Of a stretch of 64,000 bases of DNA, positions 27,890 to 40,260 are shown piece by piece. Each line of letters begins with the position of its first letter. The stretch's first letter is position 1. The stretch spans positions 17,050,001-17,114,000 of the forward strand of contig NC_087436.1 of the NCBI RefSeq assembly GCF_036321535.1, given 5' to 3'. Made by a program: the position numbers and the translations under genes. This DNA is from Camelus dromedarius (Eukaryota). The notes below the pieces were generated by a model. It saw only the letters and a program-made list of their open reading frames with translations, had not been told where the DNA came from and did no database searches.

Positions 27890-28645
27890 TGGTAATTTTA
27901 TAATGGAGAGTTCAGTCTGTCACCAGCTGAACCCAAAGCTATGTTAGTTTCACTAAGGAGGATACAATTAGATATTATGTGCCTCCTCTGTGATTCTATG
28001 TGAAACACTCGGCATCACTTAAGTGTTCTTGGTGGCAGGAGATATGGGAAGACATTAAATCTGAATTTATTTAAATCTTTTGAGCTAACTTTCAATTTAC
28101 AGAAAGTTTCCTGATTAAAAAAAAAGTTAAATGAGACCACAAAGGAATCACACTGAGACATCTAGAATATAGGACATCCTGTAAGACAACTAACTCAATT
28201 TCTTCAAGTCACTGGGATAAAAATTTGAAAAGATGGGAAAGAGGACTGCTTCAGATTAAGATTTAGGAGATCACCAAACATAATGTATGGTCCTTTTTTG
28301 GATCCTGATTCTAATAACTCATATGTGAAAAAGACATTTTTGAGAAAATGGAAAATTTTAAAATACAGCTTTGAATCAGGTAATACCTAGGAATTCTGTT
28401 TTTGTTAGGTATGATAATGACATTGTAGTTTGCAAGAAAGTGTGCACATTATTAAAGATGCTCATTAAAACATGCTGAACAGAAGTGATATGAGGTTTAG
28501 CACTTCTAAAATACTTCATCTACAAAAGATAGAATTAAAAATATTGATAATTGTTAAATGTATGTGATGAGTGTATGGAGTTTGTTATATATCCTCTCTA
28601 CTTTGTGCTTGAAAATATTTATAATCAAAGATATTGTTTTTAAAA
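27890..28645 (+). mobile_element. Old L1 (L1MC-type) 3' UTR, probably the continuation of the 24.2-25.2 kb element
   Basis: tttataatggagag...atattatgtgcctcct...tagaatataggacatcctgtaagacaactaac...ttggatcctgattc...ttgttaggtatgataatgacattgt...tctctactttgtgcttgaaaatattt. Confidence 0.7.
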
Positions 28646-29021
28646 AATATGTGCCATGTAGGGTCACCACCTTTCCCCCAATCTTTTCTCTCCTCTTGCA
28701 TCCATTGAAGTATGGCACCTTAGAGTTCCCAGTTATTCAATGTGGAGGTTGACATCACAGTACAAATCCTATACAGTGGTGATAAATTACAAGTGCACAG
28801 GCTCACATTTCTCATCTTGTTTTGTACAAAAGAGAGCATTAACCAACCCATTCATGCAGGACCTTTTAAGGCTTTTTTTTTTTTTAAAGCAATGGAAAGC
28901 CAGTGTGAGTTTTAAAATAGGAAAATGGCATGATAATATTAGAGAACTGAAAAGATTACTCTGCCCCTTGGAAAATGAATTAAAGGGTAAGTAAGCAAAG
29001 GGGGTGCAAGAAAGCCAGTCC

Positions 29022-29420
29022 AGTCAATCATTTATTCATTCAGATATATTTATTGAGCATTTAGTATGTACTAGGTATGCTTCTAAGTCCTCAAGTAATA
29101 TAATAGTAGAAGTGGTTGATGATCATAGTTTGGATTACAGTATTAATGGAGAAAATGGAAAAAACTTGGACTTACTAATGAAAAATATCCTGGAGGCAAA
29201 ATCAACAGGAAAGAATTTGACAATGGTTTGATAGTGGAAGGAGTCAAGTCTTAGATTTCTCACTTGAGAAACAGATGGAATATCTATAGTGAAGGAGACC
29301 AAGTTTGTGAGGAAAGATAAGTTCTGAGTTAAACATGTTGAACTTGATGGATTTGTCAGGTCAGTTGGATATTTGGGTCTGTATTTTGGGGGAAATGTCT
29401 TGGCTTCTAGGAATCTTTGA
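29022..29420 (-). mobile_element. LINE-2 fragments
   Basis: tcatttattcattcagatatatttattgagcatttagtatgtactaggtatgcttctaag is an antisense L2 terminus; also gtcaggtcagttggatatttgggtctg. Confidence 0.65.
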
Positions 29421-30043
29421 GATGCATTTGTGATTGACTCTTCAGTAGGAATGCGGCATATCTTATCACCTTCCTCTTAACAAGCAACTTCTCTGCTCAT
29501 TTTGTCAGTCCACGCTGCGTTATAATGATCTGCTCTTGTCTTTGTCCTTCTGTATCTCGCATGGGCTACTATCACGGTGTCCATAGTCTCTTCCTTCTGC
29601 TCCTTGTTTTTTAACTGTCTCCTCATGTTTGATTTTAAGACTTTTAAGGATAGGCATCATGGCCTACCCTTTGTTAACAAATGTCTGACACTTGGTAGAC
29701 GCTTAATTGTGTTCAAGGCAAATTAAGACCATTTAAAAATTAAATCCTGGAATATAGCTAGAGCCACAACTTTAAAACAGTAGGATCCTTCTCCCTCTAT
29801 CTTTCTAAAACATCCTAAAAGGATGAATGGCAATAGCAAACACCCCTCATCTCCCCCAGCCCTGCAACACATATAGAACGTAAAGGGATGGAGTTCTGAA
29901 GTGGATAATGTGAGATGTATAAATTTTTAAGTAATAAACCTAAATAACCAACAGCTGAATTACAAACACACTATAGGAATATGTTTCTGAGGAAATTCTT
30001 AATGCTAGCTGTTTAACCGAGTGGCAAATAATCAAATTTGTCA

Positions 30044-30594
30044 CGTAGAGGAGGAAAAACTCTTCCTCTACCCTCTTTAGGTTTATGAATGGGACTTGCA
30101 AATTAAGCTGGCAAAAGACAGACTAACCAAAGAAAAGACATGCATATTTTATTGATTTTAACATTTTTATGCAGTGTGTGAGGGGGTTCACAGAAAAGAA
30201 GTAAAAACCCCAAAGCGGCAGTTAAACCTGGGGGCTCATGTACCATTTTAACAAAAGGAAATAGATTGTGGAGAAGTAACTGTACAAAAGAAAAGGAGGT
30301 TGGCCTTCTAGGTGTAGTAAATTGTGGGAAAATAAATATATGGGAAACTGATGAAGCTTGTGGGTTGTTTAGTAAGGTTTGTTTTGCAGGCTCAGGTCAG
30401 TGACTCTGCAGTGAGATTAAAAGTCATTCTCTTCCTGTTACAGGAGAGGGGAAGAGAACACTTTCGCAAAGGAAAATTTATGCCCAGGCAGAAAGTGGAA
30501 GAGCAGAGAGTTCTTCCTGCATCTGCTGCTTCTCAATTGCCTTCAACTCAATATAATTCTTTTGCTAAAGTGACATATTTTAGGATCCCCTTCA
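30044..30594 (-). mobile_element. Solo ERV1 LTR, MER34/MER39-like
   Basis: Reverse complement starts tgaaggggatcctaaaatatgtcactttagcaaaagaattatattgagttgaaggcaattgagaagcagcagatgcaggaag and ends ttcctcctctacg (CA end mutated). Flanked by gtca/gtaa, a 4-bp TSD with one mismatch. Confidence 0.82.
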
Positions 30595-32227
30595 GTAACA
30601 TAATGGAATTAAAACTATTAATATGACTCCATATTGCTTTGTTTTACTGGATCAAAGCTGCTTATTTGTAAAATGAAAAAAAAAAAAATGAGCTAAGGTG
30701 ACCTCCAGTGTTCTCAGTTCTCAAATTTCATTAGACTGCATACTTCCCATCATCTGACATACATGATTTTCACATTCATAGAAACTGTAACGTCATAAGA
30801 AATTCTAATATATGACCTACTCCAGAATATTCTGTAGAGAATGTAAGGGCTAACGATGGAGGAGTTTAGCCCATCTCTTTGGTAGACAGTTGGCCAAAAA
30901 GATCTAGCTCTTCAAATTAAATAAGCAATTTTATATGTGAAGGTTTAAAAATTTCTGAAGTCAGCTACTCAGTTTGTGACATAAGTTTAATTGTATACTT
31001 AAACAGAATTGTGTCAAAAGCGTTTTACTGAATATGCCAAAATGCTGACCATCTGATCTCAGTATCACATTCATCTCATAAGAAATTAAAGAGTCTAATC
31101 TGGAATCTGTATTATCCTTGGAGGGACCACAGAGGTATCCGTTATCCACATAATGATTTCAAACATAACTTAATGACTAGAGATACTCTAAATTTCCTAA
31201 ATCTATGAGCAAGTCAAGACATATTGACAATGCACTTTGTCTCCAGTTTGTATCACCTCCATCGTTATTTAAAGTGTCAACGTATGGCAATGGAGGTAAT
31301 CACTAATCTAACCAGACTTAACTTTGAATATGAGGACACAAGACATTCAAACAAGCACAATTAGTGTTACTGTTTCAGCCTGGGGATGGGGAGGAGAGGA
31401 CTCCACATATGTTTTAATGCTGATGTTGTCCCTTTAAGATACATGTTTGTGTGTATTTCAGGGTAGTGATGCCTCAAGGTAATTTCCCCCTTTTTTATGG
31501 TCAATAATGTCAAAATAAGACTAAAAATAAAACTCAAATTTCCATTTTTACATTCTGATCTAAACTAGATGCACCAACCATTATTAATATTGATGAGCTT
31601 AAGTATGTGTCATAGTCCTAACTGATGAATCCAAGCCTCAGGGTGATTCTGCCTTTGGCATCACTGGAACTTAATGTGAACGATATCATTCAAAACAATC
31701 CTATAATAGGTCCCTTATTGTTGGTTCATTAGCATCCAGAGACAGTTTTGCAAGAGATTATTCCCTTCTAGACTGCAGGAGATTTTTCCTTTCTTCTCAC
31801 TGACATTGTGTTTTTATCTGAGAAGATTGCTATGAATGATCAGATGCCAAATACAACATGAGCTTTTTTATCTAAGTTCTATTAAAAAAAAAATGGACCT
31901 AGGAAAGTACCCATCCTGCCACTAGAAAAACTTTATAGTGGAAATTAGAATTATAATATGCCACAGTGTCATATTAAAACTAGGACCCACTGCCAATTTC
32001 ATTGTAATCAGTTTACCAGGCACCCATGGAAACAACTTTTTCCCTGACTAAATTACTATACATCCCCAAATTTTGGAAACAAACTCTACACAGATGCAGA
32101 ATCAAAATAGAACAAAACAAAGAGTTGGCAATATTCCATTGAATTAGGGCAGTAGAGGCAAATAGTTTGTGTAATTCAGCCATTTTCCCAACTTCACCCT
32201 GACAAGTATTTTTATTTATTATCTGAA

Positions 32228-33210
32228 TTCACTAATCCATTTATTCAGGAGTTTATTGAATATCTTCTATATAGTAGACACCATTCTGGGCACACGGGGT
32301 TGCAGCTGTGATCTAAACAGTCAAACATTTCTGCCAGCAAAGAGTTTACATTCTAGCGGAGAGAAACAAGATAAACAAAATGAATGAAATACACACTATG
32401 TTATATGCTTGTAAGCTCTATGGCAGAAAGGGTCTAGAAGTAGGTAGGATGTCTTGGGGGTAGGTGGTTTTTCAATTTGAATGGAATGCCCAGGAAAAAT
32501 CTGCATTTAGAAGGTGCCATCTGAGCAAACACCTGAAAGTGGTGGGGAATTGAGCCTAAGGGATAACTGAGGAGAAATTCTAAGACATAAAAGGAACAGC
32601 AAAGGCAGAAAGCCTGAAAGGAGAGTGTCTGGAGTGTTTCAGGACAGCAGGGGAGCCTGTGTAGCTGGAAGGAAATAAATGAGGAGGTGAATAGTTGGAG
32701 GTGAGGTTACAGAGCTAAAGAGGAGGGGTCATTATAAGGTTTTTGGCTTTTAGCCTGAGAGAAATGGGAAGCTTAATGGAGTGTTGGTCAGAAGAGTGAC
32801 ATGATTTACTCTGGCTGCTGTGTAAAAATAGATGTGGGGGGCATGGGGAGGTGGAGAGAGGCAGAAGCAGGGACTATTAAGAGCTATTGCAATAATCCAG
32901 GCAGCAGAGAATAATGACTTCGAGGAGGCTGGGGACAATGGCGATGATGAGAAGTATTGAGATTCTGAATATATTCAGAAGGTAGAGCCAGCAGGACATA
33001 CTATGGGAATGGATGCCGTTACGTGAGAGAAAAGTGGTCAAAGTCTAGTGGTTTTAGCCTGAACAACTGAAAAAAGATGGATTTTCTGAGCTGAAGAAGA
33101 CGATGAAACGTGAAGGAAGCAGCTTTGGGTGAAATTCAGTTCAGTTTTAGATGTGAATTTCGAGATGTGAACATCTAGGTGGTGACTGCAAACAGTCAGT
33201 TTGGTATCAT
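32228..33210 (-). mobile_element. LINE-2, ~1 kb 3' portion
   Basis: ccatttattcaggagtttattgaatatcttctatatagtagacaccattctgggcac...agagtttacattctag...ttggctttagcctgagagaaatgggaag...ctctggctgctgtgtaaaaatagat...gctattgcaataatccaggc...gattctgaatatattcagaaggtagagccagcagga. Confidence 0.9.
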
Positions 33211-33214
33211 ATTT

Positions 33215-33650
33215 GATGTTAATGAAATTTTTTTCTCAACTAAATCTTTAAAGGCAGTTTTTAATGAGAAGAGCTTTTAAGCAAAAAGAGTTTATTTAAA
33301 GAACAGAATGGAAGCACGTGAAAGCCAGCTGCAGGCAGTAGAGCCACGCTACATGGGATCATGGGTTATGGAATGCCAACTGGCCCTCTCTCCCGCTCTT
33401 TCCTGAACCACAGGACCTCTTAGCACTGTTTCTCTTTGCATATTTGTTCTTTCATTTCCTCTGCTCTGTAACACGTTGCTCTTCATAGCAGCAAAGCCAG
33501 GCAGAATATACACCCATGACTCTCCAACTTGGCCGTCAACAGCTAACTGATCTACAACTTCCAGAAGAAAAATTCTGATTGGCCAGTTTGTGTTAAGTAT
33601 CTCCTCCCGGATATTTGGAGTAGGAAGGGGTTAGAGATGTCAATATCATA
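33215..33650 (-). mobile_element. Ancient MaLR/ERVL-type LTR remnant
   Basis: ttaagcaaaaagagtttatttaaagaa near one end and ttctgattggccagtttgtgttaagtatctcc near the other are typical of antisense old MLT1-like LTRs. It interrupts the L2. Confidence 0.45.
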
Positions 33651-33976
33651 GGATCCTGATCTAGATAATAATTATTAGCAAAAATTTCTTCAAGTCATTA
33701 AATTTGCTTCCTCTGACCTCACGTATTACCCTAACCTTGTTATTTCATCTGAATGCAGAGGTTAAATATCCCAAGGCCACCAAATCTAGCTGCTGATCAG
33801 GATTTGGAACTTTGTTTCTACAGAGATACTTTAAATAAACTGAAACAATAGATTTTGAAAATGATCTTCAAGGAATAACGCAAACAATAATCGTTTCCCA
33901 CAGGCAAAAAGAGCATTTTAATTACTCAGGATCTTCCTGTCCCTGATTTTCTTGGGCCTCTTCAAGATGTTATAGG

Positions 33977-34151
33977 CAGTTACATGCTGCTAGACTAGCT
34001 CTGAGGTGGGTGGGGATTTGTAGAACTTGCTGATTCTCATGGACTAAATATTCCCAATATAGCCCATTTCAAGCTGCCGATATGATGTCACTGAACACAG
34101 AATTAGGAAGAGATCTGTCACTCTTGCTCTGGCCATTCCAGCACATCACTG
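33977..34151. mobile_element. MER63A-like hAT DNA transposon
   Basis: gatttgtagaacttgctgattctcatggactaaatattcccaatatagcccatttcaagctgccgatatgatgtcactgaacacagaattaggaagagat...ccagcacatcactg. Confidence 0.72.
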
Positions 34152-34199
34152 AAAGGGTTCATTTTTCACCCCTGATATGCAGGGGATCTTAGCACCCCT

Positions 34200-34545
34200 T
34201 TCACATCAGATCTGAAGCTTAGAGACTCTTGAAGCTGAAGATTTAAATTTGATCATCGTTAACAAATTTATGGTATTTAAGGGCATGGGATTGGATAAGG
34301 ACAGAAGAGAGTGGAGACAGAGAAGTATTCAAGGCATAGAATTTGATACCAAGTCAGAGAGAAGGAGGAAGAATCCTTAAAAGACAGAAACAGCATCTCA
34401 TTAAGGGAGGAGAAAACTAAGGAGTTGACTTACTTGGAAACCCTGTGAACATAATTCTAGATGAGACTGGAAAGACAGGAAGGAGCCAGACCTTTCAGAG
34501 CCTCACAGATAATATTAAGAAATTTTTTGTTTATCATAAGCTAGC
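34200..34545 (-). mobile_element. LINE-2 fragment, continuation of the 32.2-33.2 kb copy
   Basis: gatctgaagcttagagac...gctgaagatttaaatttgatcatc...atggtatttaagggcatgggattggataag. Confidence 0.6.
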
Positions 34546-35645
34546 AATTGCTTTATGTCTTATTTAGAAATATTATAATATTACAAAGATTTCAATGTAT
34601 CTTACTTTAGTTCTAGCATGTAAATAATATTTCATTTCCTTTCAAAATGTCAGATGTTTCAATCCTATCAAACTGGGCAGTGTGCAAAAATACCTTGAAA
34701 ATATAACATTTTAGCTAGATGATTTAAAATAATGATTTTGTTTGTTTGTTTTAAAACTAGACATTTTCTATGTTCTGGAGAAAAAGAGCAGATTATAAAA
34801 TATTATCCTAAACTTTAATTTGACCTTGTAGTTTAATATACTAATTCATATGTTTCAGAAACAGAGACTGACATAAACGAGTGTGAATGGTGGCATTATT
34901 ACATTAAATTGTAGAGATATTTTTCCCTACCTCTTTTGCCTTCATTTATAGCAAATGCAATCTGAAAATCTTAACTAAGGTCTTGAATAGACATACAATA
35001 TTTAAAATATTTTTAAAAAGCAGAAAGATGTGTGCTTATTGCTTTTTATGTACACATTAGACTCAATTAGATAAAAGTTAGTACGTGAAAACAGACCCAC
35101 AACATATTTTTAGTTCCTTTTCTATTGCAGAAAAATGCACTTCTTATCTCCCTTACCACATAAATATTAATCTGGTTTCTTGTTAGAGTCATAAGATAAT
35201 CTTAAAAACCGAAGGGCCAGTGAGTACCATTTGTGAATAACATCAACAATTTCGGATGGTCCCGATCATCTGTCATTGCACATTGTCATCTCAGCTGGGC
35301 AACCCTGGCAATATTGCAGCAGGCTATTGTTTATTGAGAAAGCTAATATTAGGGGGAGATGTGATAAGAATGCCTTTAAAAAAACTAATTGAGTGCTATC
35401 TGTTTTTGGCAATAGCATCTTGTATCTCTCTGTAGTTTATCGCTTTAGAGTCCTTCACTCAATCTTTTTTATAAAACTCCATTATTTAAAAATCGAGGGC
35501 AGAGTGATCGCATGTAAGGAGCTTTATATATTAGTCTGATATTCAGTGATAACCCTTTCTACTGCTCAACAAACACTACTTTATTGAAAAACGGGAAAAC
35601 CTGGTGAAAACATCGATAGGAGTCATAATCCCAGTGTTGATTTCA

Positions 35646-35716
35646 TTTATTTGTTATTTATTTATTTATTTAATCTATTTATTTATTTAAATGGAGGTAG
35701 TGGGAATTGAACCCCA
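35646..35716 (-). mobile_element. 5'-truncated Vic-1-type SINE with a 16-bp TSD
   Basis: (TTTA)n tail plus atggaggtagtgggaattgaacccca (B-box half only). Flanked by cccagtgttgatttca (35630-35645) and cccagtgttcatttca (35713-35728). Confidence 0.82.
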
Positions 35717-37689
35717 GTGTTCATTTCAAACATCTTCCATATTTTTATAGTAATGTTTAGATAGGAAAAAGCAAAGTCAAACTGTTGAACACATTATTAA
35801 AGTCAGGATATTTCTATTCAGTCATGCCCTTTTTAATGTTTTTCAGCTGATTCTTCCTGATGTTTGATTACAAAATCCTTAAATAGAACAGATAGATGGA
35901 GAGACATGTGATAAAGAAAATACAGTAAAATACTGATTGGAGAAATCTAAGTGGTTTTCATTGTATCAGTCATTCACAGTTTTAGTACGTTTTAAAGTGT
36001 TCCTAATAAATTGTTGGAAACAAAATACTCAAATATACCCCTCTGACCCTGTCAGTGAAAACAGAGTAGACATTTCTTTGTTTCATCAAATGACTATTTA
36101 TAGTACATTTAAAGTAAAATAATCTTGCAGCATCTAATACTGTTTGCAAAGGAAATTCCATACATCCAATCTGAATATAAAGAAACGTAAACTGGGAGGA
36201 AGAATCAATGAATTACAATATTTAGGGACAACACAATGGAATAGCAACTAAAATAGAAATGGGAATTATATTTATGTTTTTGTTAAAGATCTGGAGAGAA
36301 ACCAGAGTGCAAAAAGTTCCAGTTCTTTCCACAGAAGTGCAGTAACCTGATGAACTTTCAAACTAATGCTTGAAAAAGTTTGAGAGTGGAAATTGTATTT
36401 TACTTAATTTTTTTTTCTACAAAATCCTTTCCAATTACCATCCAGAAACCAAAAAGTAGGAGATAACTCAGCTCCTGACAACATGGAGTTTCTCCTTTGT
36501 TAGGGTACTTCTCTGGTTTGGCTGTGGTATTTTGGGACTTGGGCACAGTTTTTGATCTCTCTGTCTCTTCCTTCCCTTCTGCAGAGAAAGAGGATGAAAG
36601 CAGAAGTATCAGATGGGCTGTAGGCGCCCATCTATGTAGCAGCACAAATACCAGCTGAACGTATTTTTGGTCAGGTACAAAAGAAACAAATGGCGGCTGG
36701 TTTCCCCAAATGTTGTTTACCCTTCTGATATTCTTCCCAACAACCATCACATATAAATATGTGTGGTATTTATTTTAGTGTGCAGCTGAGTACAAATTCA
36801 GCAAGGTGCTCTGGGACCAATATTTATTGTTTGATATGAAGTTATTGAGCTTTTTAACTGAATGGATTTGGAACTTCCTTAATGGCTATGCAGAGGCTAA
36901 ACTTTGCTAATAAAGAATATTCTAAAAAAAGAAAAAGGCGTGATTCTCAAAACTTAGGTTTTCTGCACAAAGGTTTTGGTGCAAAACTGCTAAAGGCAAG
37001 GGACTTGGCGTGATCTTGACTTCTAACTTTTACACACACGTCATGAAAACATTTATATTTTGTGGCAAATGCAAAGTACCAAGTACAGTACTTACACTCC
37101 TTTTTGAAACAGAATTTTCAGGGCAAGGGGGAAGCACTACCAGTAGCAGCAGCGAAGGATGCAGCATCAGTGGTGAAGTGGCAGGACTTGGGGGCTAGGT
37201 ATCAGGACATATTTCCTAGTTCAGATACGTCAGAGAAAAGGGAAACGAACAAACAAGACTTCCCTTCTTTAGGAATACTGTCATTAAGCCTTAAAACAAA
37301 TCAAAATCTAAACGTTCTATTTCCTGAATTTTCTTTTCCTTTCAAAATGATACTAACATTCCTAAACCAGAACCAAAGGATAAATCAGGCTTGATTGACA
37401 AAATGGTTTTCATAAATAGTTTTGAAGTAGTGAATGGACAGGGTTACTAAGGAAAGGGGGACGAGGCAAAGAAGATGGGCTGGGATGCCTGGAGAGATGA
37501 AGCTGGAGGATGCAGCAGGAGCACAGTCTCTAAAAGGCAGCAGCTCCAAGAACTACCAGACAGCAGTAATACAATTCAAACAATGGATACTTTATCAGTC
37601 AAGGCTCAGCACTGGAAATGAAAAGTGCACTAGAAATGTTATGAAGAAATGGATTTGATACATTACATTAATACTGTAAAAAAAAAAAA

Positions 37690-38180
37690 AAGTTGGATGG
37701 TGAAGGGGTGGTTTCTAGTTTGGGCTTCCAGGAATGACTCTCAGAGCAATGAAGGCCTGACCCCCCAGGGAAACTGCCATCTTGGTGGCTGCCACTGCAG
37801 CTATGAATGCAAGAATACACTCCAGTAACTGATCCAGAAATCAGAATGTGAAGTCAGGAAGATGTTATTGTTGCTACTGCTGCAAAACTTCTATCACCCA
37901 GGAGTCCAGGTGAGACTCCTTGGAACACTGGAGCAGGACACACTTGCCTTTCCTTGACCTTATTTGCTAGCAGAAAGGAAAAAAAAATGAGTAGAAAAAT
38001 GATCTCCACATCATTTTTGCCTTCCAAATCTCAAGAAAGTGCAGCTAATTGGTAGAAGCTAATTAACATCCAGAGTCAGCTTCAAGGTCATCTTACAAAT
38101 ACAGGTTTTGTATTTCCAGTGGCTCCAGATCTAAAAGTCAGGTTGAAGGGAGGAGTCAATCCACAATATCCATTCAATAT
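37690..38180 (-). mobile_element. Ancient LTR remnant (LTR78/79- or MLT1-like)
   Basis: gggcttccaggaatgactctcagagc, gccttccaaatctc, gctaattggtagaagctaattaacatccagag, agtcaatccacaatatcc. Family uncertain. Confidence 0.45.
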
Positions 38181-38344
38181 GTGAGACTAGAAATGTTTAT
38201 AAATTGCTCATATAATTATTTTAAATTTAAATTCCTGGAACTAAGATCACCATGTGCATAAATATATATATATACATATATATATAAAATCTCAATTAAA
38301 TGTGCATTCAGGTAATTAATATTCAGGCAAAAGGCAAAAGAAAG

Positions 38345-38525
38345 AAGTCTGTTGACTATATTCTAATCCTGATCTTGCCATTCATTAAGTATGTGACATT
38401 GTACAAGTTATTTAACTTCTGTGAACCATGGTTTTGTCATCTATAAAACGAGAGTTACAATAGTAACATCCCATAGCATTGGTATCAACAATATTGAGAA
38501 AATGCATGAAAGTGCTTGCCTTGAG
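38345..38525 (+). mobile_element. MIR SINE
   Basis: ttctaatcctgatcttgccattcattaagtatgtgacattgtacaagttatttaacttctgtgaaccatggttttgtcatctataaaacgag. Confidence 0.8.
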
Positions 38526-38567
38526 TCTGATTCATCGCTGTTACTGCTGCTGCTATTGGTGTTTTAT

Positions 38568-38720
38568 ACTGGAGTCAGGCACTTCACCAACTCCACTTGG
38601 GTTTGAAGTCCAGTTACGAATTTACTAATGTTGTGACTATAGGAAATTTGTTCAAAATACCTGTGCCTCAGTTTCCTCGTGTGTAAAATTGAGATTATAG
38701 TGTATTATATCTTACAGACA
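38568..38720 (+). mobile_element. MIR SINE
   Basis: ctggagtcagg...cttgggtttgaagtccag...tgtgactataggaaatttg...ctgtgcctcagtttcctcgtgtgtaaaattgagat. Confidence 0.8.
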
Positions 38721-39049
38721 CACAGATTGCATTATAAATTCTCAGGCATGAAAATGTCTAGACTGGTACACAATGCTCTTGTGCTATCTAGATATGATAT
38801 GATGGATATTATATGTAAAATCTTTACTACTAATACAGTAGATGCCAAATGATACAAATTCTAGGAACACCACTAATTTCGTCTTTCAAAACCAGGAAAT
38901 AATGCCACTAGAATTAAAAGATGCATTTGAGAGTATGATTACATATCTATTTTATTAAATTAGGTTTTAATAAGAAAAAAATTTAAAGTTATAACTGGCA
39001 AACTTAAGGAATAATGCTCACTTTTGAAGACTGATCAGTTTCGTGGGAA

Positions 39050-39195
39050 TTGCTTTGAGATCAGGAAAAGTAACCTGCTACAAATCCTCATTCTGCCACT
39101 TACTTACTGACTCTAGACTTGCTCCTAACCTTTTTGGGCTATAGGCTTCTCCATTTCAATATGAGGCTATCTTACAGGGTTCTTGGGAAAATTAT
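39050..39195 (+). mobile_element. MIR remnant
   Basis: gctttgagatcagg...caaatcctcattctgccacttacttac...ctaacc. Confidence 0.5.
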
Positions 39196-39509
39196 ATTTT
39201 AGTTTATTTGTCTGCATGTCCATAGATTTAACAGGCACAGCCCTGGAGTTCTTTTTATTCTAAGATTCAGTGAACATTTTATATTAAATGATTATTTTTT
39301 GTACCTAAAACTTATTATCAGTAGCAGCTACTATGAGTCTATGACCAAAGCACAACTTTAGATTGCACAGTCAAATGTAAGTGCAATGAAAAATAAACTG
39401 AAGAAGTAACAACTAGACTCATAAATAATTGAAACATATTTATCTGAAAATATGTCCAGTTATGTCTTGTCAGCTGTAGGCTCTGTAGGCTTTGTAAGCA
39501 CCCCAGTGT

Positions 39510-39680
39510 GTTGAAACCTAAGCTTTGGCATTTAATGCCTCCTTAATCTTGAGCAAGTTACTTAACCTGTTAGCTTCAGTTTCCCCATTTGTAAACAGGG
39601 GTGACTAAAGTACTTACCACTGCATCAAGTAAGTACCTCGTACACATAAGTCTCAATAAATGTGAGCAATTATTGTCATT
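39510..39680 (+). mobile_element. MIR remnant
   Basis: tcttgagcaagttacttaacctgttagcttcagtttccccatttgtaaacagggg...acataagtctcaataaatgtgagc. Confidence 0.75.
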
Positions 39681-39917
39681 ATCCTCCTCTTCCTCATCAA
39701 GTTCCTGCTACATATTTTAAACTCTGATTGAGGGTTCGACTAATAAAGCATCTGACATAGATAGGTCAGTGAATTATTCCTTTGTTAAATAAGCCAAGTT
39801 ATTTCCATATTTATAACTTGAGTTGGAGATTAGTAATCTATATTACTTTGATAAATTTAAATTTATTTTTAAAAATATTTTTTGAATTTGAAAGATAATA
39901 CAGTGTAACAATTAGTG

Positions 39918-40140
39918 ATTGATTAAGCAGTTTTACTGTGTGTATTTTGCTAATGTATTAACTCATTTAATCCTCACAGGAATAGGGAGCAATGCAGTCA
40001 TAATCCCCTATTTTACAAATGTAGAAACTGAAGCATAGAGGAATTGTTTAAGGCACACAGATGGTAAGCAGCACTGTGGTGATTTAAACCCAGACAGTAT
40101 GGCCTGGAGTTGGTCTTTGTAACCACCATGCCATGCTGCC
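39918..40140 (-). mobile_element. MIR SINE
   Basis: tgtattaactcatttaatcctcacagg...cctattttacaaatgtagaaactgaagcatagag...gatttaaacccagacagtatggc. Confidence 0.82.
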
Positions 40141-40164
40141 TGCCTGACTCAAACTCTGGGGTAA

Positions 40165-40260
40165 TGCTGACTTGGGTTTTCATTCATAGTCCCCCACTTC
40201 CTTAGACAAGTTACTTAGCCCCTCCAATACTGAGTTTCCTTACCTATACAACCGTTACAA
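40165..40260 (+). mobile_element. MIR core fragment
   Basis: gacttgggttttcattcatagtccccc...cttagacaagttacttagcccctcc...ctgagtttccttacctatac. Confidence 0.6.

Noticed and set aside
31440..31485. 17-nt micro-exon (tttcag|GGTAGTGATGCCTCAAG|gtaatt)
   Set aside because: Not a multiple of three, weak pyrimidine tract, and expected by chance in a long intron.
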